Origin: the human T2T-CHM13v2.0 reference genome, Homo sapiens
Direction: 5' to 3' (one strand)
NCBI RefSeq assembly: GCF_009914755.1
Contig: NC_060927.1
DNA: 64,000 nucleotides
This document shows positions 15,271 through 32,519 of the stretch, in pieces (positions within the stretch are counted from its first letter, which is position 1; each line of letters begins with the position of its first letter). The notes under the pieces were generated by a model, which made no database searches, was not told where the DNA came from, and saw only the letters and a program-made list of their open reading frames with translations. Position numbers and translations under genes: made by a program.

Positions 15271-16937
15271 ATCTTGACATTTTAATCACAGGATGCGCAG
15301 GAAGCACTCCTTAACTTTGGGTGACAAAGGCCTAGGGTGGATTCCCAGGGCCTGTTGTTGTAGACTGTAAACTCTCAGAAGGAGGGGATTATGTAGGTCA
15401 TTTTCTGGGTAGCACGCCTGTCAAGGGAACACAGAAAGGAAGCTTATGCACTAGGCATTGGAATCTCAGCTGCGAGGGGAAAGAACAGTATCATTTACAC
15501 AGCCCCTTCTGTGGGCAGAGCACTGTGCTGGGAGATTTTGTTTGTTGCTGCATTCGACTCTCCTGATAACCCTGAGAGGTACCTATTGGTATTCCCATTT
15601 TAGGCTCAGGGAGGTGAAGCAATATATCAAAGGTCAGAAGTGGGAGAATTGAGATGCAAACGCTCACCTGCTTGATGTCAAAAATGCACGCTTGCTTGCT
15701 TTTACCCATCAAACTACACCACTGATGGCTGGGTGCAGCCGCTCCTACCTGTAATCCCAGTAGTCTGCGAGGGTGAGGTGGGAGGATTGCTTGAGCCCAG
15801 GTGTTCAAGACTAGCCTGGGCAACATAGTGAGATCCCCCGACTCTACAAAAAATAAACATATTAGTATGTGTGTACTAATTTTGTATGTACTAATTTTAG
15901 TATGTATGTATTAGTAGGTATGGTGGCTCTCACCTGTAGTCCCAGCTACTTGGGAGGCTGAGGTGGGACATCTCTTGAGCCTGGGAGGTGGAGGCTGCAG
16001 AGAGCCAAGATCACACCACTGCACTCCAGCTTGGGTGACAGAGTGAGACCCTGTCTCAAACAAAAAAACAAACAAACAAAAACAAAACAAATAAACAAAA
16101 AAACCCTACACAACTGACCAGTAATCAGATCCAGCAAGAAGCAACTATGACCTTGACGAACCTGCCCACTTGAAAAAAAAGTTTCTATCCTGTACTTCTA
16201 TGTTCCTTTTTTCTATTGTTCTCTGTACTTTGTTGCATTTTCTTTCACTTTCCTAACTTTGTTTCTTTCATAGATAGACTTGTTTGTGTTTTGATTACTT
16301 AGATCTATTTTAGATAAGATCCTTACCAGTGCACTTGACAGGAACCCAGATCCAACTAACTAGAGAGAGAGATTGATGGTATCTTTTTTTTTTTTTTTTT
16401 GAGATGGAGTATCCCTCTGTCATCCAGACTGGAGTGCAGTGGCACAATCTTGGCTCACTGCAACCTCCACCCCCTGCAGGGTTCAAGCGATTCTCCTGCC
16501 TCCTGAGTAGCTGGGATTACAGGCATGCGCCAACATGCCCGACTGATTTTTGTATTTTGCATGGAGACGGGGTTTCACCGTGTTGGCCAGGCTGATTTTG
16601 AACTCCTGTCCTCAAGCGATCACCCACCTCGGCCTCCCAAAGTGCTGGGATTATAGGCGTGAGCCACTGCGCCCAGCCAGTGGAGTCATTTAAATGAAAA
16701 ATTCAGAACAGCTTCAGGTCCAGATCAGTCAGGGTGCTCCACCAAAATAACACCAGAAAACTTTCTCCTCTGCTAAATGGTCGCGTAGGTGTTTCTAGTT
16801 ACAATGATGACCCTTGTCTTAGTGTTTATGCCACTTGATGTTCCTTTGTTTCCTATAAATATTCAAAACCATAGACTGTCAAAATGGAAAGAGAATTATC
16901 TCAGAGATGTGTGGGTGCAGCCAGGCACAGTGGTTCA

Positions 16938-17087
<150 letters not shown>

Positions 17088-17656
17088 CTACTTAGGAAGC
17101 TGAGGTGGGAGGATTGCTTGAGCCTGGGAAGTCAAGGCTGCAGTGAGCTGTGGTCATGTCACTGCACTGCAGCCTGGGTGACACAGCAAGACCCTGTCTG
17201 ATTTTGAACTTCTGTCCTCAAGTGATCCACCCACGTCATCACTAAAACAATTAAATTAAATTAAAAATAACAGAGATGAGTAGGTGGAATACAGGGAATT
17301 TTTAGATGAAACAATTCTTTATGACACTGTAATTGTTGATACATAACATTCTACATTCGTCCAAACCCATCGAATATACAATGCTGAGGCTGAACCCCAT
17401 TGTAAACTATAGACTTTAGTTAATAATAAGGTAGCAATATTGGTTCCTCAGTTAAAACAAAGGTAATTTGGGAAGCTATGGGGCTAGAGGAAGAGTACAT
17501 TGGAACCATCAGTACTATCTGCTCAATTTTCTGTAAACCTGAAACTTCTCTAAAAAATATAAAGCCTATTTTATTTTATTTTATTTTATTTTTGAGATGG
17601 AGTCTCACTCTGTTGCCCAGGCTGGAGTGCAGTGACACAATCTTGGCTCCTAGTAA

Positions 17657-18208
<552 letters not shown>

Positions 18209-18590
18209 TGAATAGCTGGGATTATATGCACATGCCACAACACCAAGCTAATTTTTGTATTTTTGGTAGAAATGGAGTTTTGACATGTTGGCCAGGCTGA
18301 TCTTGAACTCCTGACCTCAGGTAATCCATCCGCCTCAGCCCCCAAAGTACTAGAATTACAGGCATGAGCCACCATGCCCAGCCTATAATGGCTATTATAA
18401 AGAGAGAATTCTTATCTCTACCATGCAGGAATCCCTTCCTCTTATCTCATTTCAGTCAGGTTGCTATGAAATGGGAAGGTTTTAGAGATAAAAGGTTCTT
18501 TAATTTTATCTTATCCAAACTCTTCAGTTCATAAATAAACTGAAGCCCAGAGAAAGGAAGTGACTTGCTGAAAGTCACACAGCCATTTAG

Positions 18591-18830
<240 letters not shown>

Positions 18831-19258
18831 TGACCTCAGGTGATCCACCCACCTCAGCCTCCAAAAGTGCTGGGATTACAGGCGTGAATCATTGCACCCA
18901 ACCTGAGAACTCTTTAATTCAAGACACGGCTTTTCTTCCAGCAGTGTGGTCTTTTTATTTCCTGCACAGGACTCTTCACACCACTCTACTTTGCACTGAG
19001 TATCTGTTTTCCACCTATGGAATTCTCATATGATTGGTTGTTCTTAAAATGGGGGTGACTAGCTCAATTTTTAAATAATGAAGAAGAGGCGGGGCCTCGT
19101 GACTCATGCCTGGGATCACTTGAGCCCAGGGGTTTGAGGTTGCAGTAAGCTGTGATTATACCACTGCACTCAAGCCTGGGCAACAGAGCAAGATCCTGTT
19201 TCTGAAAAGCAAAATAAAATAAATAAAAATAAAATAATGGGCCGGGCACAGTTTCTCA

Positions 19259-19558
<300 letters not shown>

Positions 19559-19997
19559 CTAATTGAGTCTTGCTTCCCTTTTCCTGAAGGCCAAAACTCT
19601 TCCTTTAAAAGATGGAACTGACATTCTGCTCCTTGCAGATTTTGGGGAGCACCTGTAGTGACATCCACAGCTAATGAAAAACTCTGGCTCTCTAATCGAC
19701 TTGGCCCAAAGCAGAAATGTCCTGTAGATAAGGCTCAGGTGCTGTCAGTTTCAGATGCTACTAGGTTGGTAATCAGGCCAGTGAGAACCTATGCAATGTG
19801 TCACATTTATTTCATTCTTTGGAGCCAAAACAATGATCACCTTAGACAAATGCAAAGGTAATAATAAAACAAATGCCTGAGAGATGAGATTTCAGGTTCC
19901 CCAGTCTGGCTCACTCATTTAAAATGATTTTAGTAATTTAAGTAGAAATGGTTACTGTCCTTAAGAAGATTATGACTTAGCTGGGTGTGGTGGCTCA

Positions 19998-20331
<334 letters not shown>

Positions 20332-20792
20332 TCAGCTTTTCACTAAGTAAAACTAGAATGGTCTTGGAGTCATTCAGCTGTGATGCCACAGAATTCTACC
20401 TTTCTTACATAACAGACACAAAGCAAATACATGAGTCAATCTTATCTCTCACCCTTGTCCGTCCCCATCTATATTCCCAGGGCTCTGGGATTCCTGACCC
20501 TATAAAGGATGCATCAATGGGTCCGTGTGTCTCAGCACATGATCCTCAGTTCCCATTCCTGTAACTTAAATCTAGGCAAAGTTCAAAGGGAATAGCCACC
20601 CACATGACTTTGTACACTATTCCAGCGACTTCAGCAGAAAATACTTCCTCAGCTAAAACATCAGATAAGGGTGGTAACCTTACCCATATTTTACAGATGA
20701 GAAACTAAGCCCCTGAATTGTTGATCATATGTCCTAAGTCACTATGTTCCAGAAATAATGACTAGGATTTAGAGAATATTAACGCTGTGCTA

Positions 20793-21204
<412 letters not shown>

Positions 21205-21674
21205 TCAACCTCCCAGGTTCAAGCGATTCTTCTGCCTTAGTCTCCCAAGGTAGCTAGGACTACAGGTATGTGCCACCATGCCCAGCTATTAATTTTTGTA
21301 TTTTTAGTAGAGATGAGGTTTCACCATGTTGGCCAGGGGGGTCTTGAACTACTGACCTCAAGTGATCCACCCACCTGGGCCTCCGAAAGTGCTGAGATTA
21401 CAGGCATGAGCCACCAAGCCCGGACTGTGCTAGGCTATGTTCTAAGAGCTTGATATGAACTCATTCATTTACTCTTCACAATAATCCTATGAGGCAGATA
21501 ACAACGTTTTCTCCCTTTATAGTAAATGGAGGCACAGAGAGGTTAAGCAACTTGCACAGTTCATACAGCTGCTAGGTAGAAAAGCTGGTAGAAGGCCGGG
21601 TGCAGTGGCTCATGACTGTAATCCCAGCACTTTGGGATGCTGAGGCAGGGGGATTACTCGAGGCCAGGAGTTCA

Positions 21675-21935
<261 letters not shown>

Positions 21936-22087
21936 TCATTTTAACTATGTAGACCATATTCAGGATAACTTTATCATCCTGCTTTTTATTGCTTTATTTA
22001 ATGTAATTTTTAAAAAACCGCTGGCATGGCTGGAATTATAATTTTATTTTATTTACTCCTCATTCTAACAGTACGTTAGGTATTATC

Positions 22088-22370
22088 AGTAGTGGGGTGG
22101 TAAATATCTAACAATCAACTCTCTAGGGGACAGGAAATACTGATTTGTAGTGTTTGCCAATTTCTGTGGTGTAAATATTTCCACTGTGGCCAATTTCAAG
22201 CTACCAATGTGACATCAGTGAACACAGAGTTGAGATGTTCAGTAGCTCTCCATTACATGACATTTCCATTATACAGATGCACTACCCATAAATAGCTACA
22301 GGAACATAGATAATAGCAAGCTACAGCAAAATAACTAGGAAATGATGAGTTTTTAGTATTTATTGCCTGT
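22088..22370. mobile_element. MER63-like hAT-Blackjack fragment
   Basis: cagtagtggggtggtaaatatctaacaa...gtgtaaatatttccactgtggccaatttcaagctaccaa. Confidence 0.6.
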
Positions 22371-22425
22371 ATATACTTATTTATTTTAGAGACTGGTCTC
22401 CCTATGTTGCCCAGGCTGGTCTTGA

Positions 22426-22770
<345 letters not shown>

Positions 22771-22974
22771 TGATCTGCTCACCTCGGCCTCCCAAAGTGC
22801 TGGGATTACAAGCGTGAGCCACCGCGCCCAGCCTATTTTTATTTATTATTATTATTATTTTTTGAGACAGAGCTTTGCTCTCGTCACCCAAACTGGAGTG
22901 CAATGGCAGTGGTCTTGGCTCACTGCAACCTCTGCCTCCTGGGTTCAAGCGATTCTCCTGCCTCAGCCTCCTGA

Positions 22975-23142
<168 letters not shown>

Positions 23143-23161
23143 TGACCTGCCTTTATTTTTA

Positions 23162-24681
23162 TTTTTTTTTAAATTTTTTTTATTTTATTTATTTATTTAT
23201 TTTTATTGATCATTCTTGGGTGTTTCTCGCAGAGGGGGATTTGGCAGGGTCATAGGACAATAGTGGAGGGAAGGTCAGCAGACAAACAAGTGAACAAAGG
23301 TCTCTGGTTTTCCTAGGCAGAGTGTTTGTGTCCCTGGGTACTTGAGATTGGGGAGTGGTGATGACTCTTAAGGAGCATGCTGCCTTCAAGCATCTGTTTA
23401 ACAAAGCACATCTTGCACCGCCCTTAATCCATTTAACCCTGAGTGGACACAGCACATGTTTTAGAGAGCACAGGGTTGGGGGTAAGGTCATAGATCAACA
23501 GGATCCCAAGGCAGAAGAATTTTTCTTAGTACAGAACAAAATGAAAAGTCTCCCATGTCTACTACTTTCTACACAGACACAGCAACCATCCGATTTCTCA
23601 ATCTTTTCCCCACCTTGCCCCCTTTTCTATTCCACAAAACCGCCATTGTCATCATGGCCCGTTCTCAATGAGCTGTTGGGTACCTCCTCCCAGACTGGGT
23701 GGTGTCCAGGCAGAGGGGCTCCTCACTTCCCAGTAGGGGCGGCCGGGCAGAGGCGCCCCTCACCTCCCGGACGGGGCGGCTGCCGGGCGGAGGGTCTCCT
23801 CACTTCTCAGACGGGGCGGCCGGGCAGAGACGCTCCTCACCTCCCAGACGGGGCTGCGGCCGGGCCGAGGTGTTCCTCACCTCCCAGACGGGGCGGCGGG
23901 GCAGAGGCGCTCCCCACATCTCAGACGATGGGCGGCCGGGCAGAGACGCTCCTCAATTCCTAGATAGGATGGTGGCCGGGAAGAGGCGCTCCTCACTTCC
24001 CAGGTGGGACGGCGGCCGGGCAGAGACGCTCCTAACTTCCTAGATGTGATGGCGGCTGGGAAGAGGCGCTCCTCAATTCCTAGACGGGATGGCGGCCGGG
24101 CAGAGACGCTCCTCACTTTCCAGACTGGGCAGCCAGGCAGAGGGGCTCCTCACATCCCAGATGATGGGCGGCCAGGCAGAGACGCTCCTCACTTCCCAGA
24201 CGGGGTGGCGGCCGGGCAGAGGCTGCAATCTCCGCACTTTGGGAGGCCAAGGCAGGCGGCTGGGAGGTGGAGGTTGCAGGGAGCCGAGATCACGCCACTG
24301 CACTCCAGCCTGGGCACCATTGAGCACTGAGTGAAGGAGACTCCGTCTGCAATCCCGGCACCTCGGGAGGCCGAGGCTGGCGGATCACTCGCGTTTAGGA
24401 GCTGGAGAGCAGCCCGGCCAACACAGCGAAACCCCGTCTCCAACCAAAAAAATACGAAAACCAGTCAGGCGTGGCGGCACGCGCCTGCAATCGCAGGCAC
24501 TCGGCAGGCTGAGGCAGGAGAATCAGGCAGGGAGGTTGCAGTGAGCCGAGATGGCAGCAGCACAGTCCAGCTTTGGCTCGGCATGAGAGGGAGACCGTGG
24601 AAAGGGGAGGAGAGAGGAGAGAGGGGAGAGGGGAGAGTGGAGAGCGGAGAGGGGAGAGGGGAGAGGGGAGAGGGGAGAGGG
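23162..24681 (-). mobile_element. Full-length SVA retrotransposon (SVA_D-like)
   Basis: On the minus strand: (CCCTCT/CCCTCTC)n head 24603-24681, Alu-like domain ~24220-24600, GC-rich VNTR ~23690-24220, SINE-R ~23208-23690, AATAAA 23202-23207, A-rich tail; 16-bp TSD cctgcctttattttta at 23146-23161 and 24682-24697. Confidence 0.97.
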
Positions 24682-25056
24682 CCTGCCTTTATTTTTAATA
24701 AAATGTATTTAACTGTACGTTAAGTGAATAAAGGGAGCTATTGAGTAATGCTTACATGTTCTCATTTTTGTAAATAAGAGACTCTCCCTGGGCATGGTGG
24801 TAGGTCCCAGTAACCTGGGAGACTTAGGTAGGAGAATCCCTTAAGTCCAGGAGTTTTAGTGCAGTTTAGGCAATATAGCCTAATATAGACCCAGTCTTTA
24901 AACAAAATCATAAAGAAACAAGGCCCAGGCGCGGTGGCTCACGTCTATAATCCCAGTACTTTGGGAGGCCAATGCAGGCAGATCATGAGGTCAGGAGTTC
25001 AAGACCAGCCTGGCCAACGTGGTGAAACCCCGTCTCTACTAAAAATACAAAAATTA

Positions 25057-25200
<144 letters not shown>

Positions 25201-25482
25201 TCAAAAAAAAAAAAAAAAATCATAAAGAATTAGAAGCCTGGGCAACATACCAAGAAGCTCTCCCTACACAAAATTAAGAAATTAGCTGGGTGTGGTGGTG
25301 CACACCTGTGGTCCCGGCTACTCAGGAGGCTGAGAGGGGAGGATGACATGGGCCCAGGAGGTCAAGGCTGCAGTGAGCTGTGATGATACCACTGCACTCC
25401 AGCATGGGGTGACAGAGCAAGACCCTGTCACAAAAACAAAAACAAAACAAAACAAAAAGAACCAAAAAACTCTTTACCCCTT

Positions 25483-26413
25483 TGTATCTGTTTGCGAGGG
25501 CTGCTGTAATGAAGTACCACTAATTGGGTGCTTTAAAACCACAGAAACTTATTGTCTCTCAGTTCTGAGGGTTAGAAGTCTAAAATCACAGTGCCCCAGA
25601 GCCATGCTCTTTCTGAAGCTCTTGGGGAAAATCCTTCCTCTCCTCTTCTGGCTTCTGGTGGTTTGCTGGCAATCCTCGTTGTTCTCTGACTTGCAGCTGT
25701 AACAACTCAATCTCTGCCTCGGTCATCCATGGTATTCTCTCTCGTGTGTCGTGTGTCGGTATTTCTTCTCCTCTTCTTAAAAGGATGCCAATCATAGTGG
25801 ATGGAGGACACACCCTATTCCAGTATGATCTCATCTTAACCAATTACATCTGTAGTGACCCTGTTTCAAACAAGGTCACATGCTGAAGTACTGGGAGTTA
25901 CGACTTTAATATCTCCCCTTCCCTCCCCTCCCCTTCTGCCTTTCTCTCTTTCTTTTCCTTCCTTCCTTCCTTCCTTCCTTCCTTCCTTCCTTCCTTCCTT
26001 CCTTCCTTTCTTCCTCCCTCCCTCCCTCCTTCCCTCTCTCTTTCTCTCCCTTTCCCTCTCCCTCTCCCTCTCTCTCCTGACCTCTGGTGATCCACTTGCC
26101 TTGGCCTCCCAAAGTGCTGGGATTATAGACATGAGCCACCACACACCCGTCTTTCCCCTCTCCCTCCCCCTCCCCCTCCTCCTCTCCCTCGCCTTCCTCT
26201 TCCCCTTCCCCTTCCCCTTCCCTTCCCTTTGTATTTTTTAATTAGAGACAGGGTCTCACTTTGTTGCCCTGACTGGTCTTGAACTCTTGAGTGCAAGCAA
26301 TCTCCCACCTCGGTCTCCCAAATCCTGCAAGGATTACAGGCATGAGCTACCACATCCGGCCTTCAATATGTCTTTTTTTTAAGGAGGGAGGGGGCACAAT
26401 TCAACCCCTAAAA
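25483..26413 (-). mobile_element. MLT1C-like MaLR LTR interrupted by Alu fragments and CT-rich repeats
   Basis: tgtatctgtttgcgagggctgctgtaa...ccagtatgatctcatcttaacc...aaggtcacatgctgaagtactggg...ggggcacaattcaaccc. Confidence 0.75.
25915..26230. repeat. (CCTT)n / (CCCTCT)n / (CCCCTT)n polypyrimidine tracts flanking a short Alu fragment
   Basis: Read directly; (CCTT)n at ~25957-26006. Confidence 0.95.
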
Positions 26414-26499
26414 CCCCCTTACAGTCAGTTTGCCACAGTTGTGCCATAGTGAGCTGCTGCTGCTTCTTTTTTCTTTTTAAATAATCAATAGACACAGAA

Positions 26500-27260
26500 A
26501 AACGAACTAAAAATATCAGTTGGATCACTCTCCTGGCTTCCCATCACACTGAGAGTAAAATCCAAGGTAGGCCCACCATGCCAACTTTCAATCTGCTCCC
26601 TTCCTCCTTCTCCATCCACATCTGTTCCAACTCCCTGCTTTACTAATCTGTGCCAGCCACGCCGACTGTCTTTCTCTGCCCAGAGCATTCTGAACTCCTT
26701 CTCCCAAACTGGGTGTTTGCTGTTCCTTCTGCCTGGAATGTGCTTCCACCAGATGTCTGCCTGGATCTCTTTCTCACTTCCTCTAAGTCTTCTCACCCAG
26801 GGCCACCTGACCTGAAGTAGAACAGAGTCCTCTCCTGTTCCTTCTCTTGTTCAGCTTTCTTTATAATGTTCAGTACTACATGCTATTATGTCTCAGATTT
26901 ATTTGTTTATTTTATTTTTTTGAGACAGGGCCTCACTTTGTTACCCAGGCTGGAGCACAATCATGGCTCACTGAAGCCTCTGATCCCTTGGCTCAGGTGA
27001 TCCTCCTGCCTCAGCTTCCCAAGAAGCTGGGACTACAGGCATGCGCAGCACGCCTGGCTAAGTTTTTAAATTTTTTTGTAGAGACAGGGTCTCATTATCT
27101 TGTCCAGGCTGGTCTTGAACTCCTGGGCTCAGGTGATCTCCCTGCCTCAGCCTCCCAAAGGGCTGGGATTATAGGAGTGAGCCACCAGGCCTCATTTCTT
27201 AATTTGTTTATTATAGCATATGTCTCCCCCACTGGATTGTAGGCTCCATGAGGGAAGGAA
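26500..27260 (-). mobile_element. L2 LINE fragment interrupted by an Alu
   Basis: tttgctgttccttctgcctggaatgtgcttcc...tgtctcccccactggattgtaggctccatgaggg. Confidence 0.7.
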
Positions 27261-27306
27261 TTTTTTTTAAATTTTAAAGCCTTGAAGATATTTTTAATTA
27301 CTGTTA

Positions 27307-27602
<296 letters not shown>

Positions 27603-27823
27603 TCAAAAAAACAAAAAGTAAATTGTATTTTGAACAGACAACCCATTTACATGTTTGAAAAGTCAAAGTTTGCCTCTAGGGGTATGTTGTAGAATAACTA
27701 AGATAGGCTGGGCACAGTGGCTCACGCCTGTATTCCCAGCACTTTGGGAGGCCCAGGTGGGTGGATCACTTGAGGTCAGGAGTTGGAGACCAGACTGGCC
27801 AACATGGTGAAACCCCATCTCTA

Positions 27824-28054
<231 letters not shown>

Positions 28055-28181
28055 TCAAAGTGGTCTAAAAGTTATCTAGACAAGTCTCATTTCCATTTCT
28101 GCCACCGGACATCCAGTTTTTCCTACCCCCATAGGAAACCATTTTTATTAGTTTCCCAGTATTTCTTTATGCAGATACCAT

Positions 28182-28566
<385 letters not shown>

Positions 28567-28675
28567 TAGCCAGGATGGTCTCGATCTCCTGTCCTCGTGA
28601 TCCACCCGCCTCAGCCTCCCAAAGTGCTGGGATTACAGGCATGAGCCACCGCGCCCAGCCTTGAGACAGTCTTAA

Positions 28676-28879
<204 letters not shown>

Positions 28880-29187
28880 TGATCTGCCCCCCCCCCCCCC
28901 CCAAAGTCCTGGGACTACAGGTATGAGCCACCGTACACAGCCATGAACCTTGATTTTTTTTTGTTTCTTGAAAATATTTCCTGATCATCATTCCTTATCA
29001 GTTGACAGATAACTTTCTTCTTCTTGTATTTTTTTTTACAGCTGCATAGTATTCCTTTTTGGGGACACATCCTGGTTAATCAGTTCCCTATTGATAGACA
29101 CTAATTGCTTCCCATTGTAAACTAAATATAAAATCCTGGGCTGGACCCGGTGGGTCACGCCTGTAATCCCAGTACTTTGGGAGGCTA

Positions 29188-29458
<271 letters not shown>

Positions 29459-29667
29459 TCACGCCTGTAATCCCAATACTTTGAGAGACTGAAGCAGGAG
29501 GATCACTTCAGCCCAAGAATTCAAGGCTGCAATGAGCTATGATCTGCCATTGCACTCCAGCCTGGGCAACTGTGCTCGACTCTGTCTCAAAATCAAATAA
29601 ACAAACAAACTAAGTCCCCTCAACTGACTAAACAGATCCTTCCTGGACAAAGAGATCCTAGGAAAAT

Positions 29668-29962
<295 letters not shown>

Positions 29963-30070
29963 TATCCTAGGAAAGTCTTAAAAACTGAGTTCCTTCCCTC
30001 CACAAGATGGGAAGTCAGTCACACCTGGTTATACCTCCTCCCTTATGTCGTTTAGAAACAACAAACGACC

Positions 30071-30447
<377 letters not shown>

Positions 30448-30797
30448 TTAGATACCAAATTATAAACAGGACCTAAGGCCATACTAGGCAAGAGTTAAAT
30501 GACTAAGTGCAAGGTTTCTCTTTTTCTCTACCAGCTAAACCAGCACTGGCCTGGAGATAAACACAATTAAAACAGTTACAACTCTCTGCCAGATGCAGGC
30601 TAACTGACCTGTTCCACAAGCCTAACTATGGCTTTGATTAGACAAGAGACTGATTTCTGTAACTTTCTCCTGTTAAGAGACAACTAACCATGCATCCATG
30701 CATTGGTTCTGGCTGGCTTTTTCTTTTCTTTCTTTCTTTTTTTTTTTTTTGAGATGAAGTCTCGCTCTGTCACCCAGGCTGGCGTGCAGTGGCATGA

Positions 30798-31035
<238 letters not shown>

Positions 31036-31156
31036 CTAATTTTTTGTATCTTTAGTAGAGACGGGGTTTCACCTTGTTGGCCAGGCTGGTCTCAAACTCC
31101 TGACCTCCTGATCCACCTGCCTCAGCCTCTCAAAGTGTTTGGATTACAGGCTGTGA

Positions 31157-31600
<444 letters not shown>

Positions 31601-32112
31601 TAAGTCGCCACCCCAAATGAACATAGGTCATATGCAACATACAGATTTGTTCACTATGTGTGTAAGACCACCTTCATACATATTAATAGCTCCTTCCATA
31701 AGTTAAATATGTTTACTTGGCCAACTCCTCAATATAAATTCTTGTTGCACCCTTCCCTCTCTCAAAGTGCTTACTTTTGTTTTTTTTGGCCCGAGGCTGC
31801 ACGTCCTGCCTACAGCTTATAATCCCCTTCTTAAGAAATAATGCTCTCCTTTCTAAATTTATAAACGGTGTCATTTTTAAGTTAACACTATCTTTTGCTA
31901 CTACCAAAAATGTAGGACAGGAATTTTTATTCCACGCCAACTCTTCCAGAGTCTTGAAGTCTTCCTGCAGATTGTTAATGAACAATTATAGCAAAAAATG
32001 AATGAATGAATTAACGAATGTATAAGTGGATGAATGACGAATGAACCAACAATGAATGAATGTAGAGAAAGCCTCAAGGGGGCCCGAGGGTACGCTGTGC
32101 TGCGGAGCATGC

Positions 32113-32126
32113 CCACCAGGTGGCGA
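32113..32126 (+). promoter_or_regulatory. Predicted CTCF core motif
   Basis: CCACCAGGTGGCGA matches the CCASYAGRKGGCR consensus; binding is not demonstrated. Confidence 0.65.
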
Positions 32127-32396
32127 TGCCAGCGGCGGGCGGGCCTGGCCGGATTGGCCGCGCCGCTCTTGCCGTGGGTGCCGACGGCGGCGCCGGGACG
32201 GGCGTGGGGGGTAGGGCGAGTCATATGATCCGCTCGGCTTCCTGGGTCTGGCTGCTGCCGCCCGCCGGTGTCCGCCCGTGTCGCGCCGGGGCACCAAGGA
32301 GCCGTTGGAGGGTCCGGGCGGAGGCCCGCTCGTGTGGAAGTCGTCGACGCCGCCGCTCGTCCGTCCTCCCGTCCGTTCTCGCTCCCGGCCGCCATC

Positions 32397-32519
32397 ATGC
32401 TGGCGCTCATCTCCCGCCTGCTGGACTGGTTCCGTTCGCTCTTCTGGAAGGAAGAGATGGAGCTGACGCTCGTGGGGCTGCAGTACTCGGGCAAGACCAC
32501 CTTCGTCAATGTCATCGCG
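32397..32519 (+). CDS. ARL8B: ADP-ribosylation factor-like GTPase 8B, coding exon 1 (41 codons; partial CDS)
   Basis: gccatcATG; [41 protein letters not shown] with amphipathic helix and P-loop GLQYSGKT; the ML..ISR start fits ARL8B rather than ARL8A; phase-0 donor GCG|gtgagc at 32520. Confidence 0.97.

Noticed and set aside
23355-24723. ORFs up to 202 aa, and a CRISPR-like look of the repeated units
   Set aside because: SVA SINE-R/VNTR sequence; contiguous tandem units without unique spacers, no cas genes, eukaryotic context.
24786-24905. Possible 7SL RNA gene (also 61244-61390)
   Set aside because: No S-domain; these are free Alu monomers.
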